Assembly: GCF_900129635.1 (NCBI RefSeq)
Contig: NZ_FSRB01000002.1
Coordinates: 244,727-276,726, forward strand
Source of the DNA: Singulisphaera sp. GP187
Lineage (GTDB): Bacteria; Planctomycetota; Planctomycetia; Isosphaerales; Isosphaeraceae
Reading direction: 5' to 3'
Length of the DNA stretch: 32,000 nt
In this document: positions 1 through 8,662 of the stretch, in pieces
Position numbering within the stretch: position 1 is the stretch's first letter
How the letters are laid out: every line of letters begins with the position of its first letter
Notes under the pieces: generated by a model
What the model was told of the DNA's origin: nothing
The model's input: only the letters and a program-made list of their open reading frames with translations
Database searches by the model: none
Translations under genes and position numbers: made by a program

Positions 1-179
1 ATGGGAGGACGATGATCAGCACGGCCCGCTACTCATCGGTCATCATCCCTGCCTATGCGGTCATCGCCCATCTGCTCTACAAGGTCGAGCCACCGATCGT
101 CTCCGCGCTCGTGGGGATCAGTTGCTTTTTCCTCGGGGCGTTCTCCGCATTGTTCGCGACCTGGCACGTCATCATCTGA
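1..179 (+). CDS. 3' end of an edge-truncated membrane-protein gene
   Basis: Frame 3 is open from the window edge to TGA at 177-179. The translation ...MISTARYSSVIIPAYAVIAHLLYKVEPPIVSALVGISCFFLGAFSALFATWHVII forms two hydrophobic helices and uses the G/C-ending codons seen in the well-supported genes here. It is absent from the ORF track because it is open at the edge. An internal ATG at 12 would give only 55 aa. Confidence 0.4.
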   Translation, partial: GRTMISTARYSSVIIPAYAVIAHLLYKVEPPIVSALVGISCFFLGAFSALFATWHVII

Positions 180-332
180 ATCGATCCGTCTCCCGGCTCG
201 TCGAGCCTGCCGCGGCGGCCGTCCCCGAATGCCCGAAGAACCGACAGGACAATCTCGATGTGGCGTCGAAAATCGTCGGGAAATCCAACCTCGATCCCGG
301 ACTCCCCGGGCGGCCGCGAGCGGGGCCGAACC

Positions 333-1355
333 ATGGCCCGCGAGTCGTCGCAATCCTCGTCCCCGGGTCGGGGGTTTACCCTGATCGAGCTGCTGGTCGT
401 CATCGCCGTGATCGGGCTCCTGATCGCGCTGCTCCTCCCCGCCGTGCAGGCGGCGCGAGAGGCGGCGCGGCGGACGCAATGCACCGACAACCTGCGGCAG
501 ATCGGCGTGGCCCTGGCCAATTACACCGCCACGCTCGGAGTCCTCCCTTTCGGCGTGGGGGGGGCGGGGCCGCAAGGACGCGAGCCACGTTGGTCGGCAC
601 ACTCGCAGCTCCTCCCCTACCTCGAACAGGCGGCGCTCTTCACCGCGCTGAACGTCTCGGGCGTGCCTTGGCTCCATGACCCGCAATACGGGCCCATGAA
701 TCGAACCGCCCTCTCGACCCGGGTCGCCGTGTTCCTCTGCCCGTCGGACCACGACCGGATCGACGACGGCAGGGCCGATTCTCTGATGGTCACCGCCCCG
801 ACGAGCTATCGAGGGTGCGCCGGCACGCTCCCCAGGAACCTGGCGGCCGACCTGCCGATCCCGGGCGGCACCGCGAAGAACGACGGCACGTTCTGGTACC
901 AGAGCGCGGTGAGGCCGGCCGACTTCCGGGACGGGATGAGCAACACCGCCTCGTTCGGCGAGCGCTGCCTCGGCCGGACAGCCTCGGCCGACCCCCTGAC
1001 GAACTACTTCCTCGCCGACAGCGCCACCGAGTCGTGCGCGACGGCGAGCCCGGCCAATTCCCTCAGCTTTGACACCCCCTATCACCTCTCGGGGAGCCGC
1101 TGGGCGGACGGAAACGCCCTCTACACACGCTACCATCACATCTTCACACCAATGAAACCGAGCTGCCTGCTGGGCGGCTCCGACGACTTCGACAGCCCGG
1201 TCGTGGTCACCGCGACGAGCCGGCATCCGGGCGGCCTGAATTTGCTGCTGGGGGACGCGTCGGTCCGCTTCGTCCGTAAGGAGATCGGCGCGGCCGTCTG
1301 GAAGGCCTTGGGGACCGTTGCCGGAGGCGAGGTGGTGGACGCGTCCCAGTTCTGA
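333..1355 (+). CDS. DUF1559 / H-X9-DG family protein with prepilin-type N-terminal cleavage-methylation signal
   Basis: Track ORF 258-1355. The ATG at 333 gives [14 protein letters not shown]|[36 protein letters not shown]. This is a class-III (prepilin) signal followed by the DUF1559 signature that is massively expanded in Planctomycetota. The C-terminal [12 protein letters not shown] fits the H-X9-D(G) motif. Confidence 0.9.
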   Translation: MARESSQSSSPGRGFTLIELLVVIAVIGLLIALLLPAVQAAREAARRTQCTDNLRQIGVALANYTATLGVLPFGVGGAGPQGREPRWSAHSQLLPYLEQAALFTALNVSGVPWLHDPQYGPMNRTALSTRVAVFLCPSDHDRIDDGRADSLMVTAPTSYRGCAGTLPRNLAADLPIPGGTAKNDGTFWYQSAVRPADFRDGMSNTASFGERCLGRTASADPLTNYFLADSATESCATASPANSLSFDTPYHLSGSRWADGNALYTRYHHIFTPMKPSCLLGGSDDFDSPVVVTATSRHPGGLNLLLGDASVRFVRKEIGAAVWKALGTVAGGEVVDASQF

Positions 1356-1400
1356 GCGCCATTCGGGCTCGGGGGACGTGTCCCAATTCGATCGAGAGCC

Positions 1401-3023
1401 ATGATGAGCACCGCGACTCTTCCGGAACCGATGCCGCGCGACGCCGCCGAGTCCGAGCTTCCCGGACCCCGCCGAGCCGGGCCGGCCCTGAGAATCGCGG
1501 GGCTCCTGGTCCTCGGCCTCTACATCGTCGCGTTCCGGGTCCATACGCGTACCGAGCCGCCGGAGTGCGACCACGGCACCTACGCCGTGATCGGCCACGA
1601 ACTCCTCCGCGGCCGCTCGTTGTATTCCGACCTCTGGGACATCAAACCGCCGACGATTTATGCGACCTACGCTGCCGCCGAGGTCCTCGTCGGGTATGGC
1701 AAGGGCGAGTTGCTCGCGCTGGGGGTCTTTGCGGCCCTGGTGACCCTGGTCGGCGTCGAGCGCGCGGGGGAGGCGCTCGGCCGAGGCGGGGGACTCTGGG
1801 CGGCGGCCTTCTGGGCGGTCGCTTGCAACGATCCCGACCTCCAGGCCAATCAGCCCAACTCCGAGGTCTTCATCAATGCCTTGATGGTCTGGGCGTTCGT
1901 CGCCCTGATGCGGATCTCCTCCGGGAACGGCGGCCAAACACTGGCGCTCGCGGCGGGCGTCCTCTTCGCGGTCGCCTCGACCTACAAGCAGGTCGTGGTC
2001 TTCGTGGCGTTCACGCTGGCCCTGGCCCACCTGGCGACGATGAGGCCGAAGCGAGTGGCGCTGATCCAGATCGTCGGGATGGCCCTGCCCGGGCTGCTCC
2101 TCTGGGTCGGCATGGGGGCCTACTTCGCCACCACCGGCCGGTACGACATCTACTGGCGGACGAACTTTCTCTTCAGCACGCGGTACTCGGGGAACCTCCT
2201 GGAAAACGTGGCGGCGGCGCTCATCCCGTCGGGGATCGACGCGCTGGCCTCGAAGGCGATCCTGATCCCCCTCGGCGTGCTGGCGATCGTCCCGTTCCTG
2301 ACCCGGAGGAACGAGCAGACGCCGCGAGCCCTCGCCTTGATGGCGGCCTGGATCGCGGGGACCTTGGTGGCCGTGGCGGCCCCGGGCCGGTTCTGGCCGC
2401 ACTACTATCAGCTCTGGCTCCCACCGCTGGCCGTCGGAGCCGGCTGGGGGGCGGCGGCGGTCGTCCAGCGACTGGGGAGCCGCGATCGAGTGCTCGCCTG
2501 GGCCCCCGGGCTCTTCATCCTGGCGAATTGCCTCTGGATCGAGCTCCCCCACGCCCAGCTCGACCCCGACCTGTGGTCACGCCGAAAATATGGCGATAGC
2601 TTTATCGCATCGGAACGGTTCGGCCGGGCCCTGGCCGGCCTCCTGAAGCCGAACGAGACGTTTTACCAGTGGGGGCCGCACCCCGAAGTCTACTTCGCGA
2701 GCGGTTCGAGCCCGCCCGTCGGCGTCCTCTGGGATGACCCGCTCTACGAAGGCCCGATGCAGGACGAGCTCTCGGCTCGGACCCTCGCCGACCTCGAGGC
2801 GCACCCTCCCGAGTTGATCGCCGTCTACACGACCAAGCGGAACGCGGGCCGGCGCCACCCCGTCCTCGATTGGATCGAGGCCCGATACCTGCGGGTGCCC
2901 GGCTCCCACTCGGCCAAGGAGGACCTCCCCGAGCTCTACGTCCGCCCCGACGGCTCGCTCGAGGCCCGCCTCAAGCCTTTGAATCGCGATGCGTTCCGAG
3001 ACTCGGGTGGAGGTCCACGATGA
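1401..3023 (+). CDS. polytopic membrane glycosyltransferase, ArnT/PMT-like GT-C fold (putative)
   Basis: 540-aa ORF with an ATGATG start 45 nt after the previous stop. It has many hydrophobic helices, an early loop ECDHGTYAVIGHELLRGRSLYSDLWDIKPP and a soluble C-terminal part of about 170 aa. This is the architecture of polyprenyl-phosphate-sugar-dependent GT-C enzymes. The family call is by pattern only. Confidence 0.7.
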   Translation: MMSTATLPEPMPRDAAESELPGPRRAGPALRIAGLLVLGLYIVAFRVHTRTEPPECDHGTYAVIGHELLRGRSLYSDLWDIKPPTIYATYAAAEVLVGYGKGELLALGVFAALVTLVGVERAGEALGRGGGLWAAAFWAVACNDPDLQANQPNSEVFINALMVWAFVALMRISSGNGGQTLALAAGVLFAVASTYKQVVVFVAFTLALAHLATMRPKRVALIQIVGMALPGLLLWVGMGAYFATTGRYDIYWRTNFLFSTRYSGNLLENVAAALIPSGIDALASKAILIPLGVLAIVPFLTRRNEQTPRALALMAAWIAGTLVAVAAPGRFWPHYYQLWLPPLAVGAGWGAAAVVQRLGSRDRVLAWAPGLFILANCLWIELPHAQLDPDLWSRRKYGDSFIASERFGRALAGLLKPNETFYQWGPHPEVYFASGSSPPVGVLWDDPLYEGPMQDELSARTLADLEAHPPELIAVYTTKRNAGRRHPVLDWIEARYLRVPGSHSAKEDLPELYVRPDGSLEARLKPLNRDAFRDSGGGPR

Positions 3024-4399
3024 TGGGAATCGGACGAGAAGGCCGGAACTCGGCCCTCGCGATCGTCTCCGCAACGCTCGTGCTGGTCGCGTACGCCGCG
3101 ATCTTCGACCTGCTCGACCGCTACGACTGGGACCAGGCCTTCGTCCGCTTCGCCTGCCTGGCGAGCCTGCTGGCGATGACCCTGGGCACGCGTCGGCGGC
3201 CCGACATGCCCCCGCATGAGGCGGGGGAAATCGCGGCCATCGTGGCGCCGGCGTTCGCGATACTCGCCCTTAATTGGGGGCTCTACAAGAGCCTGGAAGA
3301 CCTCCACTCGCCGCCGGTCGTCGACATCGGCCAGACGACCCAGGAGGCCGCTCGCCTCGTCTTCCTCGACGGGAAGAACCCCTATGAGAGCCGGACGATC
3401 GCCGTGCTCGGCGACAACCCGTCGATGTGGGGGTTCAAATATGGTCCCACGATGATCCTCGGGTACGCGATCAGCGTCGTCAATCCGGCGAACGGGATCA
3501 AATCCACCAGCCTCGCGTACCTCGGCGCGACGGTCGTGCTCGTCTTCCTGCTGGGGAGGGGGCGCGGCGAAATGTCGGAGTCGACCGCGACCGCCTGGTT
3601 TTGCTGCACGCTCATGCTGCTGCCGAACCGGCTCTGGCACGAGCTGTTCCATCAGGGTTCGAATGACATCTTCCCGGTGATGCTGATCCTCGGGTCGATC
3701 CTGGCCGTCCGCGGCAAGGCCTGGGCGTGGGCGGGCCTGCTGGCGGGCCTGTCCCTCACCGCGAAAGTCTCGCCGGCGATCTTCTACCTCGTCCTGTTCG
3801 TCCGCCGCCGACCCGAGCCGCGGTTCGTCGTCGGGTTCGCCGCCGGCCTGGTGCCCCTGTTACCCTTTCTCGCGTGGGACGCCGGGGCCTTGTTCCGCAA
3901 CGTCGTCCTGTTCCATTCGACTAAGGCGGCCGATTCGACGAGCCTCTATTCCATCACCCCCAAGGAGTTGCACTACGCCTTCACCGCGATTCAGCTCATG
4001 ACGATCGCCCTGGTGATCGCCAAGAACTTCCACGCCCGGCTCGATCATCGCTCGCTCGTCTTCTGGTATCTCGTGCTCACGCTCCTCTGCGAGATGAGCT
4101 ATCGAGAGGTCCACGGCAATCACCTGATCTGGTTCATGCCCTTCGCCGCGTTGCAATTCGGCTGGAATCGCCAGGCGTTCCTGCCCAACATCGCCTCGGC
4201 CCTGCGGTCGTTCGGCGATGAGTCCCCTGCTCCGGCCCCCCGCGCCGACCATGCGGCGAGTCGGCCAGAGGGAAGGGCATCGAACCGACAGAGCGCCGAG
4301 GGTGACCGCCCGCTCGAGAACTTCGACGACCAGCGCCTACCCGCCGGTTCGGGCGAACCCAGTGGCCGTGACGGGAACACTTCCAATACGCTCCTCTGA
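3020..4399 (+). CDS. polytopic membrane protein, DUF2029/GT87-like glycosyltransferase (putative)
   Basis: Track ORF 2870-4399. The in-frame ATG at 3020 overlaps the upstream TGA (3021-3023) as ATGA. The loop GKNPYESR...FKYGPTMILGY resembles the DUF2029/GT87 (PimE-like) signature. About 10 hydrophobic segments. The last 65 aa or so are low-complexity. Confidence 0.7.
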   Translation: MMGIGREGRNSALAIVSATLVLVAYAAIFDLLDRYDWDQAFVRFACLASLLAMTLGTRRRPDMPPHEAGEIAAIVAPAFAILALNWGLYKSLEDLHSPPVVDIGQTTQEAARLVFLDGKNPYESRTIAVLGDNPSMWGFKYGPTMILGYAISVVNPANGIKSTSLAYLGATVVLVFLLGRGRGEMSESTATAWFCCTLMLLPNRLWHELFHQGSNDIFPVMLILGSILAVRGKAWAWAGLLAGLSLTAKVSPAIFYLVLFVRRRPEPRFVVGFAAGLVPLLPFLAWDAGALFRNVVLFHSTKAADSTSLYSITPKELHYAFTAIQLMTIALVIAKNFHARLDHRSLVFWYLVLTLLCEMSYREVHGNHLIWFMPFAALQFGWNRQAFLPNIASALRSFGDESPAPAPRADHAASRPEGRASNRQSAEGDRPLENFDDQRLPAGSGEPSGRDGNTSNTLL

Positions 4400-4458
4400 C
4401 CCGACCATCATACGTCCCGCGCCGGAGCGGAGGCCATCCCACCCACGAGGTCGCCTCG

Positions 4459-5478
4459 ATGAATTCCCCTTACCTCTCGATCGTTGTGCCCTGCTATAAC
4501 GAAGAAGAAATGCTCGATGAGCTGTACCGTCGGCTCAAGGCGGTCTGCTTATTGCTGGGACGTTCTTATGAGATCGTCTTTGTCGACGACGGCTCGAAGG
4601 ATCGGAGCTGGCCGATCTTGGAGTCGCTCGCGGCGGCCGACCCCTTCGTCGTGGCCGTTGCCCTTTCGCGCAACCACGGCCATCAGTTGGCCTTGACCGC
4701 TGGCCTGCAAACCTGCCAGGGCGAGCGGATCCTCATTATCGACGCCGACCTCCAGGACCCTCCCGAACTGCTGCCGGCGATGCTCGATCGTATGGATGCC
4801 GGTCTCGACGTCGTCTACGGCCAGCGCCGCCGACGCGATGGCGAGACCGCGTTCAAGCGAGGCACCGCAGCACTGTTCTATCGCCTGATCACGTGCCTCT
4901 CCGAAGTGCCGATTCCGCCCGACACGGGTGACTTTCGCCTCATGAGTCGCCGGGCCCTCAACGTTCTGCTCGCGATGCCGGAGCACCATCGCTTCATCCG
5001 CGGTATGGTCCCTTGGATCGGCTTCCCTCAGGCGGCGATGCCTTACGACCGCCAGTGCCGCTACGCGGGGGTCTCCAAATTCCCGCTCCGCAAGATGGTC
5101 AGGTTCGCCCTCGACGCGATCACGGCCTTCTCGACCAAACCGCTCATCTTGGCGAGTTGGTTCGGCATCGGCACGGCGCTGATCACACTCGCGCTGGCGG
5201 CCTACTCGCTCGCGTCATGGGTGGGAGGGAATCCGGTGAGCGAGTGGATGATCCTGATCATCGTCATCTCCTTATTCGGCAGCCTCCAGCTCCTAGTCCT
5301 GGGCATCTTGGGCGAATACCTGGGGCGGATGTACGAACAAACCAAGAATCGCCCCCTATTCATCATCAAGAACCTCCTGCGGTGGGAGCCTTCTCCGACG
5401 CTCGAAATCAGCACCGATTACAGCAACGTTGCAAGCGCGGAGTTCCCCGACGCGTTCGCCCAGCAGGGCGACCGGTAA
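4459..5478 (+). CDS. GT2 polyprenyl-phosphate glycosyltransferase (GtrB/ArnC/DPM1-like)
   Basis: LSIVVPCYNEEEML, VFVDDGSKDRS, IIDADLQDPPE and the FRLMSRRAL motifs of GT-A family 2, plus two C-terminal TM helices (LILASWFGIGTALITL..., MILIIVISLFGSLQLLVLGILGEY). This is typical of bactoprenol-phosphate sugar synthases. Confidence 0.92.
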   Translation: MNSPYLSIVVPCYNEEEMLDELYRRLKAVCLLLGRSYEIVFVDDGSKDRSWPILESLAAADPFVVAVALSRNHGHQLALTAGLQTCQGERILIIDADLQDPPELLPAMLDRMDAGLDVVYGQRRRRDGETAFKRGTAALFYRLITCLSEVPIPPDTGDFRLMSRRALNVLLAMPEHHRFIRGMVPWIGFPQAAMPYDRQCRYAGVSKFPLRKMVRFALDAITAFSTKPLILASWFGIGTALITLALAAYSLASWVGGNPVSEWMILIIVISLFGSLQLLVLGILGEYLGRMYEQTKNRPLFIIKNLLRWEPSPTLEISTDYSNVASAEFPDAFAQQGDR

Positions 5479-5510
5479 ACTTTAGCACAATCAGCCATAT
5501 CTTCAATCGA

Positions 5511-6353
5511 TCATGCAATTATCCCCAGATTATTCAAGACGTCGCGTTCGAGGATCTCCTCGATCACCTCGCCGGGGATCTGCGGGAGCGGGGTCCCCTG
5601 CACTTGCTCGTTCAAACGGCGAAGGCTCGCGATGGCCGTGCTCGGTTCCCACAACGGATAGTCGGAGCCGAATAGGAGCTTGTGGGTCACGCCCCACTCG
5701 AGGCAGACAATCATCGCTTCATACCCTTGCCAGGGGCGATGCCAGAGGCCGGAGATATCGGCATACACGTTCGCGTGCTTGCGGATCACCAGGGCCGTTT
5801 CCCGCTGCCAGGGGTGGCCGAGGTGGGCGATAATGACCCGGAGTTCCGGGAAGGCGATCGCCAGGTCGTCGACCAGGAGCGGGAGCGAGTACTTGAGCGG
5901 CCCTTGGCTGACCGGCGAGGCGCCCATGTGCATCATCACCGGCAGCCCGAGCTCCACAGCGCGGCGATAGAACGGGTGGAAGGCCGGGTCGGCCGGGTTG
6001 TAGACCGACATGATCGGATAGAGCTTGATGCCTCGAAAGCCGAACTCGTGGACCCCGCGTTCCATCTCGCGGATCGCGTCCGGCCGGCTCGGGTCGAGGG
6101 CCATGAACCCGATGTACTTCGCGGGATTGCGAGCGACCAGGCGTGCCACGTGCTCGTGCGGCGTGTGGACGCCCATCGCGTGCGCGGTGATCCCGAAGAC
6201 GAGGACCTTGTCGAACGGCTCCATCGCCCGCTCGAAGTCCTCGGCCGAAACCTCGGGCCACGCCCCCAGGCCGCACTGCTCGTCCCAATCTCGAGTAAAC
6301 TTCGCGCCGAAGTGGACCCGCTCGATGAAATGCGAATGATAGTCGATCCTCAT
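5511..6353 (-). CDS. amidohydrolase-2 family metal-dependent hydrolase (likely sugar lactonase)
   Basis: MRIDYHSHF (HxH), MHMG, IIAHLGHPW and FGSDYPLW motifs of the TIM-barrel amidohydrolase-2 family. Its start lies 1 nt downstream of the stop of the enolase-superfamily gene. Confidence 0.9.
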   Translation of the reverse strand: MRIDYHSHFIERVHFGAKFTRDWDEQCGLGAWPEVSAEDFERAMEPFDKVLVFGITAHAMGVHTPHEHVARLVARNPAKYIGFMALDPSRPDAIREMERGVHEFGFRGIKLYPIMSVYNPADPAFHPFYRRAVELGLPVMMHMGASPVSQGPLKYSLPLLVDDLAIAFPELRVIIAHLGHPWQRETALVIRKHANVYADISGLWHRPWQGYEAMIVCLEWGVTHKLLFGSDYPLWEPSTAIASLRRLNEQVQGTPLPQIPGEVIEEILERDVLNNLGIIA

Positions 6354-6354
6354 C

Positions 6355-7509
6355 TCAACGGCCCCCCTTCTGCATCCGGATCCCTTCCTCGGGCCGGAAC
6401 GCGAACTCTTCCCGGACCTCGTCCCTCAGCTCGACCCCCAGGCCGGGCGCCGACGGCGGATAGAGTTCCCCTTGCTCGATCCGCAACGGCTCGACGAATA
6501 AAGCATCGCGGAGCGGATACCCCCAGGTCGGATACTCGAGCACCTTGCAGTTCGGCAAGGTGAACGCAAGATGATAGTTCCCCGCCAGGACGATCGAGGA
6601 CGACCAGGAATGAAACGCAACCTCGACCCCTTGGCTCTGGGCCAGGGTCGCGATCTTGCGACACTCGATGATCCCGCCGGCGTGAGCCACGTCGGGTTGG
6701 GCGATGTCGAGCGCCTCGGCGTCGAAGAAGTGGCGGAACTCGTGGATCGTTGTCGAGCTCTCACCCCCCGAAACCGGGATCGGGACATGCCGGCGCACGT
6801 GTGCGTACCCGGCGTAATCCGTCGCGGCGCACGGCTCCTCGAACCAGCGGAGGTTGAGCTCGCGGAGGGCCGACCCCGCGCGAACGGCCTGGGCGGCGGT
6901 CCAAGGTTCCGGGTTGTGCCCCTGGACCGCGTCGACCATCAGGTCCATCCCGTCGCCGATCACGTCGCGAACGCGGCGGACCTTCTCGAGGTCACGCGCC
7001 GGGTCCATCCCGATCCGGACCTTCACCGCCTTGAGCCCCTCCTCACGATAGCCGCGCATCTCGTCGACGAGCTCGTCCAGCGGCTTCTCCAGACCGCCGC
7101 TGGCGTACAGCGGCAGCCGAGCGTGGACCGCGCCTCCGAGCAATTCATGCACCGGCTTGCCGACTGCCTTGCCCGCGATGTCCCACAAGGCCATCTCGAC
7201 GGCGCCGATGGTGCTGACCCCCGCGCCGACCCGGGCCCAGAACAAGGTCTTCGAGACCATCCGCTGATACAAGGCCGCGATGTTCCGCGGGTCTTCCCCG
7301 ATCAGGAGCGGCTCCAAAGCCTCGACGATCCCCTTGACCGCGAGCGGGGCAAAGATGCCGACATAAGTCTCCCCCAGCCCGGTGATCCCCTCGTCGGTGT
7401 GCACCTGAATCAGGGCCGCATGCACCGTCGAGATCACGCCCCCCGACCAGCGGATCTCCCGCGCTGGCTTGCTGCTCAGCAGAACCGGCTCGACACGCGT
7501 AATTTTCAC
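6355..7509 (-). CDS. enolase-superfamily (mandelate racemase/muconate lactonizing) sugar-acid dehydratase
   Basis: GTG start at 7509. MKITRVEP... N-terminal capping domain. Metal ligands in LMVDAVQGHN, WFEEPC and VSGGES. KVRIG motif. Confidence 0.92.
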   Translation of the reverse strand: MKITRVEPVLLSSKPAREIRWSGGVISTVHAALIQVHTDEGITGLGETYVGIFAPLAVKGIVEALEPLLIGEDPRNIAALYQRMVSKTLFWARVGAGVSTIGAVEMALWDIAGKAVGKPVHELLGGAVHARLPLYASGGLEKPLDELVDEMRGYREEGLKAVKVRIGMDPARDLEKVRRVRDVIGDGMDLMVDAVQGHNPEPWTAAQAVRAGSALRELNLRWFEEPCAATDYAGYAHVRRHVPIPVSGGESSTTIHEFRHFFDAEALDIAQPDVAHAGGIIECRKIATLAQSQGVEVAFHSWSSSIVLAGNYHLAFTLPNCKVLEYPTWGYPLRDALFVEPLRIEQGELYPPSAPGLGVELRDEVREEFAFRPEEGIRMQKGGR

Positions 7510-7624
7510 GCTTGGACTCCGCGTCGGCTAACTGATAGAATATCCAGGAATCGATGGCCGAGGCTAATCTCCGATCGGCCGCCATGTCAAGGGGGACTGA
7601 CTCCCCTCGGGAGCGTCCAAACTC

Positions 7625-8464
7625 ATGCCGAAGAGCAAGCCCCCCAAGGGCAAGGACTATCGCGTCCCGGCCGTCCGGCGCGCCTTCACGATCCTCGACA
7701 GCCTCAACCAGAGCTCCACGGGTCTGACGGTGCAAGAGGTGAGTCGGATCCACGCGATCCCGTACAGCACGGCGTTCTACCTGCTGGAGACGATGGAAGG
7801 CTGCGGCTACGCGAGCCGCGACGACGAGTCGAAGCGGTACAGCGTCGGCTATAAACTGCTCGCGATCCGGGAGAGCGGGGCGGCGAGACAGAACCTCAAC
7901 CTCCGCTCGCTCGCGCTGCCGCTGATGGAGGAACTGACCGAGGTCACCGGCCTGACCTGTCATCTCGCCACGCTCGAGAAGGATGAGGCGGTCTATATCG
8001 AAAAGACGGAACCGGCGGGCTTCATCCGCTTGAACACCTGGGTGGGCAAGCGGAACAGCCTGCACTGCACGGCGGTCGGCAAGGCACTCCTCTTGCAACA
8101 TAACCGGGAAGAGTTGCGCCTGCTCTTCGAAGCCGCCGGCCTGCCGCGTCGAACCGACCGGACGATCACGGATTTGCCCCTGTTCGCCGACGACTTGCTG
8201 GCTTCCTCCCGCCGCGGCTACGCCGTCGACGACGCCGAGGACGAACTCGAGGGCCGTTGCGTCGCCGCCCCGGTCCACGGCGACACGGGGAAGATCGTGG
8301 CCGCGATCGGCCTCTCGGGGACCTCCAACCAGATCGATCCCCAGCGGCGTGACGCCCTCGGCAAGCTCGTCCGGAACTACGCGAGGCAGATCTCCACCCG
8401 CCTCGGCTACGTCGAGGAAGGGGCTACGCGGCCAAGCTCCGAAGGGGCCTCGCCCCGAAGCTAG
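7625..8464 (+). CDS. IclR-family transcriptional regulator
   Basis: N-terminal wHTH (VPAVRRAFTILDSLNQSSTGLTVQEVSRIHAIPYSTAFYLLETMEGCGY) and a C-terminal IclR effector domain (GLTCHLATL..., GRCVAAPVH...AAIGLSG). Divergent from the dehydratase/lactonase pair with a 115-nt spacer. Confidence 0.92.
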   Translation: MPKSKPPKGKDYRVPAVRRAFTILDSLNQSSTGLTVQEVSRIHAIPYSTAFYLLETMEGCGYASRDDESKRYSVGYKLLAIRESGAARQNLNLRSLALPLMEELTEVTGLTCHLATLEKDEAVYIEKTEPAGFIRLNTWVGKRNSLHCTAVGKALLLQHNREELRLLFEAAGLPRRTDRTITDLPLFADDLLASSRRGYAVDDAEDELEGRCVAAPVHGDTGKIVAAIGLSGTSNQIDPQRRDALGKLVRNYARQISTRLGYVEEGATRPSSEGASPRS

Positions 8465-8495
8465 CCCGCAACTTGCAGCCCCAGAGGGGCGACCG

Positions 8496-8651
8496 TCAAT
8501 AGCCAGGGGTAGTTTTGCGTAGGCTGTGAACGGCTGCTGCGCGATTCGACGGTTGTGCATCCGGCTGGGGCGGCGGGTCGGCCTGGCCGATCGATTCCAC
8601 GGTTACCAGTGCGCACAGCGACAGAATACCCATCACGCGTATTGCACTCAT
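8496..8651 (-). CDS. possible small exported peptide (51 aa)
   Basis: ATG at 8651, 11 nt after the TAA (8663-8665) of the upstream gene and preceded by AGGGG. MSAIRVMGILSLCALVTVESIGQA|DPPPQPDAQPSN... looks like a signal peptide followed by a Pro-rich tail. It is short and weakly supported. Confidence 0.25.
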   Translation of the reverse strand: MSAIRVMGILSLCALVTVESIGQADPPPQPDAQPSNRAAAVHSLRKTTPGY

Positions 8652-8662
8652 CTCTTGCCCCT

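Noticed and set aside
258-332. Upstream extensions of track ORFs (258-332, 2870-3019, 12274-12459, 19572-19742, 27556-27681, 29300-29401, 29614-29646)
   Set aside because: In each case an internal ATG yields a canonical N-terminus (prepilin signal, ATGA coupling, MRYDCLVISDLH, Rossmann GLVGLG, Sec or Tat signal). The extension is Arg/Pro-rich or overlaps the upstream gene.
1356-1400. GGGAC-GT-GTCCC hairpin after the DUF1559 gene as a terminator
   Set aside because: A 2-nt loop is sterically implausible and there is no U-tract. The next gene starts 45 nt after the stop and is probably co-transcribed.
33-2552. 839-aa minus-strand ORF, the second-longest in the track
   Set aside because: It is antisense to two well-supported genes (DUF1559, GT-C). 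The translation is extreme Arg/Gly/Pro/Asp/Glu low-complexity with no motifs. This is the classic shadow ORF of high-GC DNA, where stop codons are rare on the opposite strand.
6571-8560. ORFs 6571-7854 (+, 427 aa) and 7145-8560 (-, 471 aa)
   Set aside because: They are shadows of the enolase-superfamily gene and the IclR gene respectively. They have no motifs and a biased composition.
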